Source: Auanema rhodensis (lineage: Eukaryota > Animalia > Nematoda). From it: a stretch of 64,000 bases of DNA. Made by a program: the position numbers and the translations under genes. The stretch covers positions 10,044,001-10,108,000 of the forward strand of contig OZ059899.1 of the NCBI GenBank assembly GCA_964057225.1, written 5' to 3'. This document shows, one piece after another, positions 28,165 through 42,722 of this stretch; the stretch's first letter is position 1; each line of letters opens with the position of its first letter. Below the pieces are notes generated by a model, which saw only the letters and a list, made by a program, of their open reading frames with translations, ran no database searches and was not told the DNA's origin.

Positions 28165-28944
28165 TAAATTTTTTTCATTTCACTTGTCATTTATAAAAAT
28201 CGAATTTATCTTCTTCAACGATTATTTTTGCAATGTGTCATAAGAATTTCATAGTTGAACAAAACGTTTTTTAAGAAGTTTTTTTGTTGTCAACATATAT
28301 ATTTTCCTGGAATTCGAAAGCATTTGGGATGGAAATTAGAAAGAAAAGAACTAGTTTTTCCTACTTTAAAACAAACAATAAGAAATAATATGAAAAAGAT
28401 TGTTAGATATCCAATTTAAACTTATACATTTATTTCGATAAAGAGCCTATTAGTTTGAAATTTTATGTCTTACAGTTCTCCAACAGAACAGACTGATCCT
28501 GATTTTTCTACGATTACATAAAACTCTCGTTTGATATAAAAGCATATTGGATAGAAATTTCGAAAGCATTTGGGATGGAAATTAGAAAGAAAAGAACTAG
28601 TTTTTCCTACTTTAAAACAAACAATAAGAAATAAAATAAAAAAGATTGTTAGATATCCAATTTAAACTTATACATTTACTTCGATGAAGAGCCTATTAGA
28701 TTGAATTTTTATGTCTTACAGTTCTCCAACAGAACAGACTGATCCTGATTTTTCTACGATTACATAAAACTCTCGTTCGATATACAAAAAGGAGAGGAAT
28801 AACGTTTCCAGGATATCAATGATATCGAATCTAGTGATATTGTAGAAAAATGTAATGTCAGCTCCATAGTTTTTCTCTTAATTTCTCTCATCACAATAGT
28901 CTTAGTTTTTTTCCATAAGAGTTTCTGAAATCTTAGTTGAACAA

Positions 28945-29017
28945 GGCCGCGTGGCGCAATGGATAACGCGTCTGCCTACGGAGCAGAAGATTGTAGGTTC
29001 GAATCCTGCCGTGGTCG
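28945..29017 (+). tRNA. tRNA-Arg(ACG)
   Basis: Identical to consensus copy. Confidence 0.96.
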
Positions 29018-29796
29018 TAAATTTTTTTCATTTCACTTGTCATTTATAAAAATCGAATTTATCTTCTTCAACGATTATTTTTGCAATGTGTCATAAGAAT
29101 TTCATAGTTGAACAAAACGTTTTTTAAGAAGTTTTTTTGTTGTCAACATATATATTTTCCTGGAATTCGAAAGCATTTGGGATGGAAATTAGAAAGAAAA
29201 GAACTAGTTTTTCCTACTTTAAAACAAACAATAAGAAATAAAATGAAAAAGATTGTTAGATATCCAATTTAAACTTATACATTTACTTTGATAAAGAGCC
29301 TATTAGATTGAAATTTTATGTCTTACAGTTCTCCAACAGAACAGACTGATCCTGATTTTTCTACGATTACATAAAACTCTCGTTTGATATAAAAGCATAT
29401 TGGATAGAAATTTCGAAAGCATTTTGGATGGAAATTAGAATGAAAAGAACTAGTTTTTTCTATTTTAAAACAAACAATAATAAACAAAATGAAAAGATTG
29501 TTAGATATCCAATTTTAACTTATACATTTACTTCGATGAAGAGCCTATTAGATTGAATTTTTATGTCTTACAGTTCTCCAACAGAACAGACTGATCCTGA
29601 TTTTTCTACGATTACATAAAACTCTCGTTCGATATACAAAAAGGAGAGGAATAACGTTTCCAGGATATCAATGATATCGAATCTAGTGATACTGTAGAAA
29701 AATATAATGTCAGCTCCATAGTTTTTCTCTTAATTTCTCTCATCACAATAGTCTTAGTTATTTTTCATGAGAGTTTCTGAAATCTTAGTTGAACAA

Positions 29797-29869
29797 GGCC
29801 GCGTGGCGCAATGGATAACGCGTCTGCCTACGGAGCAGAAGATTGTAGGTTCGAATCCTGCCGTGGTCG
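29797..29869 (+). tRNA. tRNA-Arg(ACG)
   Basis: Identical to consensus copy. Confidence 0.96.
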
Positions 29870-31058
29870 TAAATTTTTTTCATTTCACTTGTCATTTATA
29901 AAAATCGAATTTATCTTCTTCAACGATTATTTTTGCAATGTGTCATAAGAATTTCATAGTTGAACGAAACGTTTTTTAAGAAGTTTTTTTGTTGTCAACA
30001 TATATATTTTCCTGGAATTCGAAAGCATTTGGGATGGAAATTAGAAAGAAAAGAACTAGTTTTTCCTACTTTAAAACAAACAATAAGAAATAAAATGAAA
30101 AAGATTGTTAGATATCCAATTTAAACTTATACATTTACTTTGATAAAGAGCCTATTAGATTGAAATTTTATGTCTTACAGTTCTCCAACAGAACAGACTG
30201 ATCCTGATTTTTCTACGATTACATAAAACTCTCGTTTGATATAAAAGCATATTGGATAGAAATTTCGAAAGCATTTTGGATGGAAATTAGAACGAAAAGA
30301 ACTAGTTTTTTCTATTTTAAAACAAACAATAATAAACAGAATGAAAAGATTGTTAGATATCCAATTTTAACTTATACATTTACTTCGATGAAGAGCCTAT
30401 TAGATTGAATTTTTATGTCTTACAGTTCTCCAACAGAACAGACTGATCCTGATTTTTCTACGATTACATAAAACTTTCGTTTGATATACAAAAAGGAGAG
30501 GAATAACGTTTCCAGGATATCAATGATATCGAATCTAGTGATATTGTAGAAAAATGTAATGTCAGCTCCATAGTTTTTCTCTTAATTTCTCTCATCACAA
30601 TAGTCTTAGTTTTTTTTCATAAGAGTTTCTGAAATCTTAGTTGAACAAGGCAGTATATATTTTTTTCTGGAATTCGAAAGCATTTGGGATGAAAATTAGA
30701 AAGAAAAGAACTAGTTTTTCCTACTTTAAAACAAACAATAAGAAATAAAATGAAAAAGATTGTCAGATATCCAATTTAAACTTATACATTTACTTCCATA
30801 AAGAGCCTATCAATTTGAAATTTTATGTCTTACAGTTCTCCAACAGAACAGACTGATCCTGATTTCTCTATGATTACATAAAACTCTCGTTTGATATACA
30901 AAAAGGAGAGGAATAACGTTTCCAGGATATCAATGATATCGAATCTAGTGATATTGTAGAAAAATGTAATGTCAGCTCCATAGTTTTTCTCTTAATTTCT
31001 CTCATCACAATAGTCTTAGTTTTTTTTCATAAGAGTTTCTGAAATCTTAGTTGAACAA

Positions 31059-31131
31059 GGCCGCGTGGCGCAATGGATAACGCGTCTGCCTACGGAGCAG
31101 AAGATTGTAGGTTCGAATCCTGCCGTGGTCG
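31059..31131 (+). tRNA. tRNA-Arg(ACG)
   Basis: Consensus body; variant trailer TGAATTTTTTTCTTTTC. Confidence 0.96.
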
Positions 31132-31909
31132 TGAATTTTTTTCTTTTCACTTGTCATTTATAAAAATCGAATTTATCTTCTTCAACGATTATTTTTGCAA
31201 TGTGTCATAAGAATTTCATAGTTGAACAAAACGTTTTTAAGAAGTTTTTTTGTTGTCAATATATATATTTTCCTGGAATTCGAAAGCATTTGGGATGGAA
31301 ATTAGAAAGAAAAGAACTAGTTTTTCCTACTTTAAAACAAACAATAAGAAATAAAATGAAAAAGATTGTTAGATATCCAATTTAAACTTATACATTTACT
31401 TTGATAAAGAGCCTATTAGATTGAAATTTTATGTCTTACAGTTCTCCAACAGAACAGACTGATCCTGATTTTTCTACGATTACATAAAACTCTCGTTTGA
31501 TATAAAAGCATATTGGATAGAAATTTCGAAAGCATTTTGGATGGAAATTAGAATGAAAAGAACTAGTTTTTTCTATTTTAAAACAAACAATAATAAACAA
31601 AATGAAAAGATTGTTAGATATCCAATTTTAACTTATACATTTACTTCGATGAAGAGCCTATTAGATTGAATTTTTATGTCTTACAGTTCTCCAACAGAAC
31701 AGACTGATCCTGATTTTTCTACGATTACATAAAACTCTCGTTCGATATACAAAAAGGAGAGGAATAACGTTTCCAGGATATCAATGATATCGAATCTAGT
31801 GATACTGTAGAAAAATATAATGTCAGCTCCATAGTTTTTCTCTTAATTTCTCTCATCACAATAGTCTTAGTTATTTTTCATGAGAGTTTCTGAAATCTTA
31901 GTTGAACAA

Positions 31910-31982
31910 GGCCGCGTGGCGCAATGGATAACGCGTCTGCCTACGGAGCAGAAGATTGTAGGTTCGAATCCTGCCGTGGTCG
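31910..31982 (+). tRNA. tRNA-Arg(ACG)
   Basis: Identical to consensus copy. Confidence 0.96.
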
Positions 31983-32761
31983 TAAATTTTTTTCATTTCA
32001 CTTGTCATTTATAAAAATCGAATTTATCTTCTTCAACGATTATTTTTGCAATGTGTCATAAGAATTTCATAGTTGAACGAAACGTTTTTTAAGAAGTTTT
32101 TTTGTTGTCAACATATATATTTTCCTGGAATTCGAAAGCATTTGGGATGGAAATTAGAAAGAAAAGAACTAGTTTTTCCTACTTTAAAACAAACAATAAG
32201 AAATAAAATGAAAAAGATTGTTAGATATCCAATTTAAACTTATACATTTACTTTGATAAAGAGCCTATTAGATTGAAATTTTATGTCTTACAGTTCTCCA
32301 ACAGAACAGACTGATCCTGATTTTTCTACGATTACATAAAACTCTCGTTTGATATAAAAGCATATTGGATAGAAATTTCGAAAGCATTTTGGATGGAAAT
32401 TAGAATGAAAAGAACTAGTTTTTTCTATTTTAAAACAAACAATAATAAACAAAATGAAAAGATTGTTAGATATCCAATTTTAACTTATACATTTACTTCG
32501 ATGAAGAGCCTATTAGATTGAATTTTTATGTCTTACAGTTCTCCAACAGAACAGACTGATCCTGATTTTTCTACGATTACATAAAACTCTCGTTCGATAT
32601 ACAAAAAGGAGAGGAATAACGTTTCCAGGATATCAATGATATCGAATCTAGTGATACTGTAGAAAAATATAATGTCAGCTCCATAGTTTTTCTCTTAATT
32701 TCTCTCATCACAATAGTCTTAGTTATTTTTCATGAGAGTTTCTGAAATCTTAGTTGAACAA

Positions 32762-32834
32762 GGCCGCGTGGCGCAATGGATAACGCGTCTGCCTACGGAG
32801 CAGAAGATTGTAGGTTCGAATCCTGCCGTGGTCG
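32762..32834 (+). tRNA. tRNA-Arg(ACG)
   Basis: Identical to consensus copy. Confidence 0.96.
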
Positions 32835-34023
32835 TAAATTTTTTTCATTTCACTTGTCATTTATAAAAATCGAATTTATCTTCTTCAACGATTATTTTTG
32901 CAATGTGTCATAAGAATTTCATAGTTGAACGAAACGTTTTTTAAGAAGTTTTTTTGTTGTCAACATATATATTTTCCTGGAATTCGAAAGCATTTGGGAT
33001 GGAAATTAGAAAGAAAAGAACTAGTTTTTCCTACTTTAAAACAAACAATAAGAAATAAAATGAAAAAGATTGTTAGATATCCAATTTAAACTTATACATT
33101 TACTTTGATAAAGAGCCTATTAGATTGAAATTTTATGTCTTACAGTTCTCCAACAGAACAGACTGATCCTGATTTTTCTACGATTACATAAAACTCTCGT
33201 TTGATATAAAAGCATATTGGATAGAAATTTCGAAAGCATTTTGGATGGAAATTAGAACGAAAAGAACTAGTTTTTTCTATTTTAAAACAAACAATAATAA
33301 ACAGAATGAAAAGATTGTTAGATATCCAATTTTAACTTATACATTTACTTCGATGAAGAGCCTATTAGATTGAATTTTTATGTCTTACAGTTCTCCAACA
33401 GAACAGACTGATCCTGATTTTTCTACGATTACATAAAACTCTCGTTTGATATACAAAAAGGAGAGGAATAACGTTTCCAGGATATCAATGATATCGAATC
33501 TAGTGATATTGTAGAAAAATGTAATGTCAGCTCCATAGTTTTTCTCTTAATTTCTCTCATCACAATAGTCTTAGTTTTTTTTCATAAGAGTTTCTGAAAT
33601 CTTAGTTGAACAAGGCAGTATATATTTTTTTCTGGAATTCGAAAGCATTTGGGATGAAAATTAGAAAGAAAAGAACTAGTTTTTCCTACTTTAAAACAAA
33701 CAATAAGAAATAAAATGAAAAAGATTGTCAGATATCCAATTTAAACTTATACATTTACTTCCATAAAGAGCCTATCAATTTGAAATTTTATGTCTTACAG
33801 TTCTCCAACAGAACAGACTGATCCTGATTTCTCTATGATTACATAAAACTCTCGTTTGATATACAAAAAGGAGAGGAATAACGTTTCCAGGATATCAATG
33901 ATATCGAATCTAGTGATATTGTAGAAAAATGTAATGTCAGCTCCATAGTTTTTCTCTTAATTTCTCTCATCACAATAGTCTTAGTTTTTTTTCATAAGAG
34001 TTTCTGAAATCTTAGTTGAACAA

Positions 34024-34096
34024 GGCCGCGTGGCGCAATGGATAACGCGTCTGCCTACGGAGCAGAAGATTGTAGGTTCGAATCCTGCCGTGGTCG
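34024..34096 (+). tRNA. tRNA-Arg(ACG)
   Basis: Consensus body; variant trailer TGAATTTTTTTCTTTTC. Confidence 0.96.
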
Positions 34097-35531
34097 TGAA
34101 TTTTTTTCTTTTCACTTGTCATTTATAAAAATCGAATTTATCTTCTTCAACGATTATTTTTGCAATGTGTCATAAGAATTTCATAGTTGAACAAAACGTT
34201 TTTAAGAAGTTTTTTTGTTGTCAATATATATATTTTCCTGGAATTCGAAAGCATTTGGGATGGAAATTAGAAAGAAAAGAACTAGTTTTTCCTACTTTAA
34301 AACAAACAATAAGAAATAAAATGAAAAAGATTGTTAGATATCCAATTTAAACTTATACATTTACTTTGATAAAGAGCCTATTAGATTGAAATTTTATGTC
34401 TTACAGTTCTCCAACAGAACAGACTGATCCTGATTTTTCTACGATTACATGAAACTCTCGTTTGATATAAAAGCATATTGGATAGAAATTTGGAAAGCAT
34501 TTGGGATGGAAATTAGAAAGAAAAGAACTAGTTTTTCCTACTTTAAAACAAACAATAAGAAATAAAATGAAAAAGATTGTTAGATATCCAATTTAAACTT
34601 ATACATTTACTTCGATAAAGAGCCTATTAGTTTGAAATTTGATGTCTTACAGTTCTCCAACAGAACAGACTGATCCTGATTTTTCTACGATTACATGAAA
34701 CTCTCGTTTGATATAAAAGCATATTGGATAGAAATTTCGAAAGCATTTGGGATGGAAATTAGAAAGAAAAGAACTAGTTTTTCCTACTTTAAAACAAACA
34801 AAAAGAAATAAAATAAAAAAGATTGTTAGATATCCAATTTAAACTTATACATTTACTTTGATAAAGAGCCTATTAGATTGAAATTTTATGTCTTACAGTT
34901 CTCCAACAGAACAGACTGATCCTGATTTCTCTATGATTACATGAAACTCTCGTTTGATATAAAAAAAGGAGAGGAATAACGTTTCCAGGATTTCAATGAT
35001 ATCAAATCTAGTGATATTGTAGAAAAATGTAATGTCAGCTCCATAGTTTTTCTCTTAATTTCTCTCATCACAATAGTCTTAGTTTTTTTTCATAAGAGTT
35101 TCTGAAATCTTAGTTGAACAAGGCAGTATATATTTTTTTCTGGAATTCGAAAGCATTTGGGATGAAAATTAGAAAGAAAAGAACTAGTTTTTCCTACTTT
35201 AAAACAAACAATAAGAAATAAAATGAAAAAGATTGTTAGATATCCAATTTAAACTTATACATTTACTTCGATAAAGAGCCTATCAGTTTGAAATTTTATG
35301 TCTTACAGTTCTCCAACAGAACAGACTGATCCTGATTTCTGTATGATTACATAAAACTCTCGTTTGATATACAAAAAGGAGAGGAATAACGTTTCCAGGA
35401 TATCAATGATATCGAATCTAGTGATATTGTAGAAAAATGTAATGTCAGCTCCATAGTTTTTCTCTTAATTTCTCTCATCACAATAGTCTTAGTTTTTTTT
35501 TATGAGAGTTTCTGAAATCTTAGTTGAACAA

Positions 35532-35604
35532 GGCCGCGTGGCGCAATGGATAACGCGTCTGCCTACGGAGCAGAAGATTGTAGGTTCGAATCCTGCCGTG
35601 GTCG
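35532..35604 (+). tRNA. tRNA-Arg(ACG)
   Basis: Identical to consensus copy. Confidence 0.96.
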
Positions 35605-36137
35605 TAAATTTTTTTCATTTCACTTGTCATTTATAAAAATCGAATTTATCTTCTTCAACGATTATTTTTGCAATGTGTCATAAGAATTTCATAGTTGAAC
35701 AAAACGTTTTTTAAGAAGTTTTTTTGTTGTCAATATATATATTTTCCTGGAATTCGAAAGCATTTGGGATGGAAATTAGAAAGAAACAAACTAGTTTTTC
35801 CTACTTTAAAACAAACAATGAGAAACAAAATGAAAAGATTGTTAGATATCCAATTTTAACTTATACATTTACTTCGATGAAGAGCCTATTAGATTGAAAT
35901 TTTATGTCTTACAGTTCTGCAACAGAACAGACTGATCCTGATTTCTCTATGATTACATAAAACTCTCGTTTGATATACAAAAAGGAGAGGAATAACGTTT
36001 CCAGGATATCAATGATATCGAATCTAGTGATATTGTAGAAAAATGTAATGTCAGCTCCATAGTTTTTCTCTTAATTTCTCTCATCACAATAGTCTTAGTT
36101 TTTTTTCATAAGAGTTTCTGAAATCTTAGTTGAACAA

Positions 36138-36210
36138 GGCCGCGTGGCGCAATGGATAATGCGTCTGCCTACGGAGCAGAAGATTGTAGGTTCGAATCCT
36201 GCCGTGGTCG
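36138..36210 (+). tRNA. tRNA-Arg(ACG), C23T variant
   Basis: GGATAATGCG turns D-stem G12-C23 into a G-U wobble; the rest is intact. Confidence 0.85.
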
Positions 36211-37399
36211 TAAATTTTTTTTATTTCACTTGTCATTTATAAAAATCGAATTTATCTTCTTCAACGATTATTTTTGCAATGTGTCATAAGAATTTCATAG
36301 TTGAACAAAACGTTTTTTAAGAAGTTTTTTTGTTGTCAACATATATATTTTCCTGGAATTCGAAAGCATTTGGGATGGAAATTAGAAAGAAAAGAACTAG
36401 TTTTTCCTACTTTAAAACAAACAATAAGAAATAAAATGAAAAAGGTTGTTAGATATCCAATTTAAACTTATACATTTACTTTGATAAAGAGCCTATTAGA
36501 TTGAAATTTTATGTCTTACAGTTCTCCAACAGAACAGACTGATCCTGATTTTTCTACGATTACATAAAACTCTCGTTTGATATAAAAGCATATTGGATAG
36601 AAATTTCGAAAGCATTTTAGATGGAAATTAGAACGAAAAGAACTAGTTTTTTCTATTTTAAAACAAACAATAATAAACAGAATGAAAAGATTGTTAGATA
36701 TCCAATTTTAACTTATACATTTACTTCGATGAAGAGCCTATTAGATTGAATTTTTATGTCTTACAGTTCTCCAACAGAACAGACTGATCCTGATTTTTCT
36801 ACGATTACATAAAACTCTCGTTTGATAAACAAAAAGGAGAGGAATAACGTTTCCAGGATATCAATGATATCGAATCTAGTGATATTGTAGAAAAATGTAA
36901 TGTCAGCTCCATAGTTTTTCTCTTAATTTCTCTCATCACAATAGTCTTAGTTTTTTTTCATAAGAGTTTCTGAAATCTTAGTTGAACAAGGCAGTATATA
37001 TTTTTTTATGGAATTCGAAAGCATTTGGGATGAAAATTACAAAAAAAAGAACTAGTTTTTCCTACTTTAAAACAAACAATAAGAAATAAAATGAAAAAGA
37101 TTGTCAGATATCCAATTTAAACTTATACATTTACTTCCATAAAGAGCCTATCAATTTGAAATTTTATGTCTTACAGTTCTCCAACAGAACAGACTGATCC
37201 TGATTTCTCTACGATTACATAAAACTCTCGTTTGATATACAAAAAGGAGAGGAATAACGTTTCCAGGATATCAATGATATCGAATCTAGTGATATTGTAG
37301 AAAAATGTAATGTCAGCTCCATAGTTTTTCTCTTAATTTCTCTCATCACAATAGTCTTAGTTTTTTTTCATAAGAGTTTTTGAAATCTTAGTTGAACAA

Positions 37400-37473
37400 G
37401 GCCGCGTGGCGCAATGGATAACGCGTCTGCCTACGGATCAGAAGATTGTAGGTTCTGAATCCTGCCGTGGTCG
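37400..37473 (+). pseudogene. tRNA-Arg(ACG) pseudogene (G39T plus 1-nt T-loop insertion)
   Basis: ACGGATCAGA breaks C31-G39; GGTTCTGAATCC disrupts the B-box; 74 nt. Confidence 0.85.
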
Positions 37474-38662
37474 TGAATTTTTTTCTTTTCACTTGTCATT
37501 TATAAAAATCGAATTTATCTTCTTCAACGATTATTTTTGCAATGTGTCATAAGAATTTCATAGTTGAACAAAACGTTTTTAAGAAGTTTTTTTGTTGTCA
37601 ATATATATATTTTCCTGGAATTCGAAAGCATTTGGGATGGAAATTAGAAAGAAAAGAACTAGTTTTTCCTACTTTAAAACAAACAATAAGAAATAAAATG
37701 AAAAAGATTGTTAGATATCCAATTTAAACTTATACATTTACTTCGATAAAGAGCCTATTAGTTTGAAATTTGATGTCTTACAGTTCTCCAACAGAACAGA
37801 CTGATCCTGATTTTTCTACGATTACATGAAACTCTCGTTTGATATAAAAGCATATTGGATAGAAATTTCGAAAGCATTTGGGATGGAAATTAGAAAGAAA
37901 AGAACTAGTTTTTCCTACTTTAAAACAAACAAAAAGAAATAAAATAAAAAAGATTGTTAGATATCCAATTTAAACTTATACATTTACTTTGATAAAGAGC
38001 CTATTAGATTGAAATTTTATGTCTTACAGTTCTCCAACAGAACAGACTGATCCTGATTTCTCTATGATTACATAAAACTCTCGTTTGATATAAAAAAAGG
38101 AGAGGAATAACGTTTCCAGGATGTCAATGATATCGAATCTAGTGATATTGTAGAAAAATGTAATGTCAGCTCCATAGTTTTTCTCTTAATTTCTCTCATC
38201 ACAATAGTCTTAGTTTTTTTTCATAAGAGTTTCTGAAATCTTAGTTGAACAAGGCAGTATATATTTTTTTCTGGAATTCGAAAGCATTTGGGATGAAAAT
38301 TAGAAAGAAAAGAACTAGTTTTTCCTACTTTAAAACAAACAATAAGAAATAAAATGAAAAAGATTGTTAGATATCCAATTTAAACTTATACATTTACTTC
38401 GATAAAGAGCCTATCAGTTTGAAATTTTATGTCTTACAGTTCTCCAACAGAACAGACTGATCCTGATTTCTGTATGATTACATAAAACTCTCGTTTGATA
38501 TACAAAAAGGAGAGGAATAACGTTTCCAGGATATCAATGATATCGAATCTAGTGATATTGTAGAAAAATGTAATGTCAGCTCCATAGTTTTTCTCTTAAT
38601 TTCTCTCATCACAATAGTCTTAGTTTTTTTTCATGAGAGTTTCTGAAATCTTAGTTGAACAA

Positions 38663-38735
38663 GGCCGCGTGGCGCAATGGATAACGCGTCTGCCTACGGA
38701 GCAGAAGATTGTAGGTTCGAATCCTGCCGTGGTCG
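38663..38735 (+). tRNA. tRNA-Arg(ACG)
   Basis: Identical to consensus copy. Confidence 0.96.
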
Positions 38736-39268
38736 TAAATTTTTTTCATTTCACTTGTCATTTATAAAAATCGAATTTATCTTCTTCAACGATTATTTTT
38801 GCAATGTGTCATAAGAATTTCATAGTTGAACAAAACGTTTTTTAAGAAGTTTTTTTGTTGTCAATATATATATTTTCCTGGAATTCGAAAGCATTTGGGA
38901 TGGAAATTAGAAAGAAACAAACTAGTTTTTCCTACTTTAAAACAAACAATGAGAAACAAAATGAAAAGATTGTTAGATATCCAATTTTAACTTATACATT
39001 TACTTCGATGAAGAGCCTATTAGATTGAAATTTTATGTCTTACAGTTCTCCAACAGAACAGACTGATCCTGATTTCTCTATGATTACATAAAACTCTCGT
39101 TTGATATACAAAAAGGAGAGGAATAACGTTTCCAGGATATCAATGATATCGAATCTAGTGATATTGTAGAAAAATGTAATGTCAGCTCCATAGTTTTTCT
39201 CTTAATTTCTCTCATCACAATAGTCTTAGTTTTTTTTCATAAGAGTTTCTGAAATCTTAGTTGAACAA

Positions 39269-39341
39269 GGCCGCGTGGCGCAATGGATAATGCGTCTGCC
39301 AACGGAGCAGAAGATTGTAGGTTCGAATCCTGCCGTGGTCG
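39269..39341 (+). pseudogene. tRNA-Arg(ACG) variant C23T+T33A, probably non-decoding
   Basis: Anticodon loop CAACGGA lacks the invariant U33; A/B boxes intact. Confidence 0.7.
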
Positions 39342-40120
39342 TAAATTTTTTTTATTTCACTTGTCATTTATAAAAATCGAATTTATCTTCTTCAACGATT
39401 ATTTTTGCAATGTGTCATAAGAATTTCATAGTTGAACAAAACGTTTTTTAAGAAGTTTTTTTGTTGTCAACATATATATTTTCCTGGAATTCGAAAGCAT
39501 TTGGGATGGAAATTAGAAAGAAAAGAACTAGTTTTTCCTACTTTAAAACAAACAATAAGAAATAAAATGAAAAAAGTTGTTAGATATCCAATTTAAACTT
39601 ATACATTTACTTTGATAAAGAGCCTATTAGATTGAAATTTTATGTCTTACAGTTCTCCAACAGAACAGACTGATCCTGATTTTTCTACGATTACATAAAA
39701 CTCTCGTTTGATATAAAAGCATATTGGATAGAAATTTCGAAAGCATTTTAGATGGAAATTAGAACGAAAAGAACTAGTTTTTTCTATTTTAAAACAAACA
39801 ATAATAAACAAAATGAAAAGATTGTTAGATATCCAATTTTAACTTATACATTTAATTCGATGAAGAGCCTATTAGATTGAATTTTTATGTCTTACAGTTC
39901 TCCAACAGAACAGACTGATCCTGATTTTTCTACGATTACATAAAACTCTCGTTTGATATACAAAAAGGAGAGGAATAACGTTTCCAGGATATCAATGATA
40001 TCGAATCTAGTGATATTGTAGAAAAATGTAATGTCAGCTCCATAGTTTTTCTCTTAATTTCTCTCATCACAATAGTCTTAGTTTTTTTTCATAAGAGTTT
40101 CTGAAATCTTAGTTGAACAA

Positions 40121-40193
40121 GGCCGCGTGGCGCAATGGATAACGCGTCTGCCTACGGAGCAGAAGATTGTAGGTTCGAATCCTGCCGTGGTCG
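40121..40193 (+). tRNA. tRNA-Arg(ACG)
   Basis: Identical to consensus copy. Confidence 0.96.
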
Positions 40194-41385
40194 TAAATTT
40201 TTTTCATTTCACTTGTCATTTATAAAAATCGAATTTATCTTCTTCAACGATTATTTTTGCAATGTGTCATAAGAATTTCATAGTTGAACAAAACGTTTTT
40301 TAAGAAGTTTTTTTGTTGTCAATATATATATTTTCCTGGAATTCGAAAGCATTTGGGATGGAAATTAGAAAGAAAAGAACTAGTTTTTCCTACTTTAAAA
40401 CAAACAATAAGAAATAATATAAAAAAGATTGTTAGATATCCAATTTAAACTTATACATTTATTTCGATAAAGAGCCTATTAGTTTGAAATTTTATGTCTT
40501 ACAGTTCTCCAACAGAACAGACTGATCCTGATTTTTCTACGATTACATAAAACTCTCGTTTGATATAAAAGCATATTGGATAGAAATTTCGAAAGCATTT
40601 GGGATGGGAATTAGAAAGAAAAGAACTAGTTTTTCCTACTTTAAAACAAACAAAAAGAAATAAAACAAAAAAAGATTGTTAGATATCCAATTTAAACTTA
40701 TACATTTACTTTGATAAAGAGCCTATTAGATTGAAATTTTATGTCTTACAGTTCTCCAACAGAACAGACTGATCCTGATTTCTCTATGATTACATAAAAC
40801 TCTCGTTTGATATAAAAAAAGGAGAGGAATAACGTTTCCAGGATGTCAATGATATCGAATCTAGTGATATTGTAGAAAAATGTAATGTCAGCTCCATAGT
40901 TTTTCTCTTAATTTCTCTCATCACAATAGTCTTAGTTTTTTTTCATAAGAGTTTCTGAAATCTTAGTTGAACAAGGCAGTATATATTTTTTTCTGGAATT
41001 CGAAAGCATTTGGGATGAAAATTAGAAAGAAAAGAACTAGTTTTTCCTACTTTAAAACAAACAATAAGAAATAAAATGAAAAAGATTGTTAGATATCCAA
41101 TTTAAACTTATACATTTACTTCGATAAAGAGCCTATCAGTTTGAAATTTTATGTCTTGCAGTTCTCCAACAGAACAGACTGATCCTGATTTCTCTATGAT
41201 TACATAAAACTCTCGTTTGATATACAAAAAGGAGAGGAATAACGTTTCCAGGATATCAATGATATCGAATCTAGTGATATTGTAGAAAAATGTAATGTCA
41301 GCTCCATAGTTTTTCTCTTAATTTCTCTCATCACAATAGTCTTAGTTTTTTTTTCATAAGAGTTTCTGTAATCTTAGTTGAACAA

Positions 41386-41458
41386 GGCCGCGTGGCGCAA
41401 TGGATAACGCGTCTGCCTACGGAGCAGAAGATTGTAGGTTCGAATCCTGCCGTGGTCG
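41386..41458 (+). tRNA. tRNA-Arg(ACG)
   Basis: Identical to consensus copy. Confidence 0.96.
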
Positions 41459-42649
41459 TAAATTTTTTTTATTTCACTTGTCATTTATAAAAATCGAATT
41501 TATCTTCTTCAACAATTATTTTTGCAATGTGTCATAAGAATTTCATAGTTGAACGAAACGTTTTTTAAGAAGTTTTTTTGTTGTCAATATATATATTTTC
41601 CTGGAATTCGAAAGCATTTGGGATGGAAATTAGAAAGAAAAGAACTAGTTTTTCCTACTTTAAAACAAACAATAAGAAATAAAATGAAAAAGATTGTTAG
41701 ATATCCAATTTAAACTTATACATTTACTTCGATAAAGAGCCTATTAGTTTGAAATTTTATGTCTTACAGTTCTCCAACAGAACAGACTGATCCTGATTTT
41801 TCTACGATTACATAAAACTCTCGTTTGATATAAAAGCATATTGGATAGAAATTTCGAAAGCATTTTGGAATGGAAATTAGAAAGAAAAGAACTAGTTTCT
41901 CCTATTTTAAAACAAACAATAAGAAATAAAATGAAGAAGATTGTTAGATATCCAATTTGAACTTATACATTTACTTTGATAAAAAGCCTATTAGATTGGA
42001 ATTTTCTGTCTTACAGTACTCCAACAGAACAGACTGATCCTGATTTCTCTATGATTACATAAAACTCTCGTTTGATATAAAAAAAGGAGAGGAATAACGT
42101 TTCCAGGATGTCAATGATATCGAATCTAGTGATATTGTAGAAAAATGTAATGTCAGCTCCATAGTTTTTCTCTTAATTTCTCTCATCACAATAGTCTTAG
42201 TTTTTTTTCATAAGAGTTTCTGAAATCTTAGTTGAACAAGGCAGTATATATTTTTTTCTGGAATTCGAAAGCATTTGGGATGAAAATTAGAAAGAAAAGA
42301 ACTAGTTTTTCCTACTTTAAAACAAACAATAAGAAATAAAATGAAAAAGATTGTTAGATATCCAATTTAAACTTATACATTTACTTCGATAAAGAGCCTA
42401 TCAGTTTGAAATTTTATGTCTTGCAGTTCTCCAACAGAACAGACTGATCCTGATTTCTCTATGATTACATAAAACTCTCGTTTGATATACAAAAAGGAGA
42501 GGAATAACGTTTCCAGGATATCAATGATATCGAATCTAGTGATATTGTAGAAAAATGTAATGTCAGCTCCATAGTTTTTCTCTTAATTTCTCTCATCACA
42601 ATAGTCTTAGTTTTTTTTCATAAGAGTTTCTGTAATCTTAGTTGAACAA

Positions 42650-42722
42650 GGCCGCGTGGCGCAATGGATAACGCGTCTGCCTACGGAGCAGAAGATTGTA
42701 GGTTCGAATCCTGCCGTGGTCG
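42650..42722 (+). tRNA. tRNA-Arg(ACG)
   Basis: Identical to consensus copy. Confidence 0.96.
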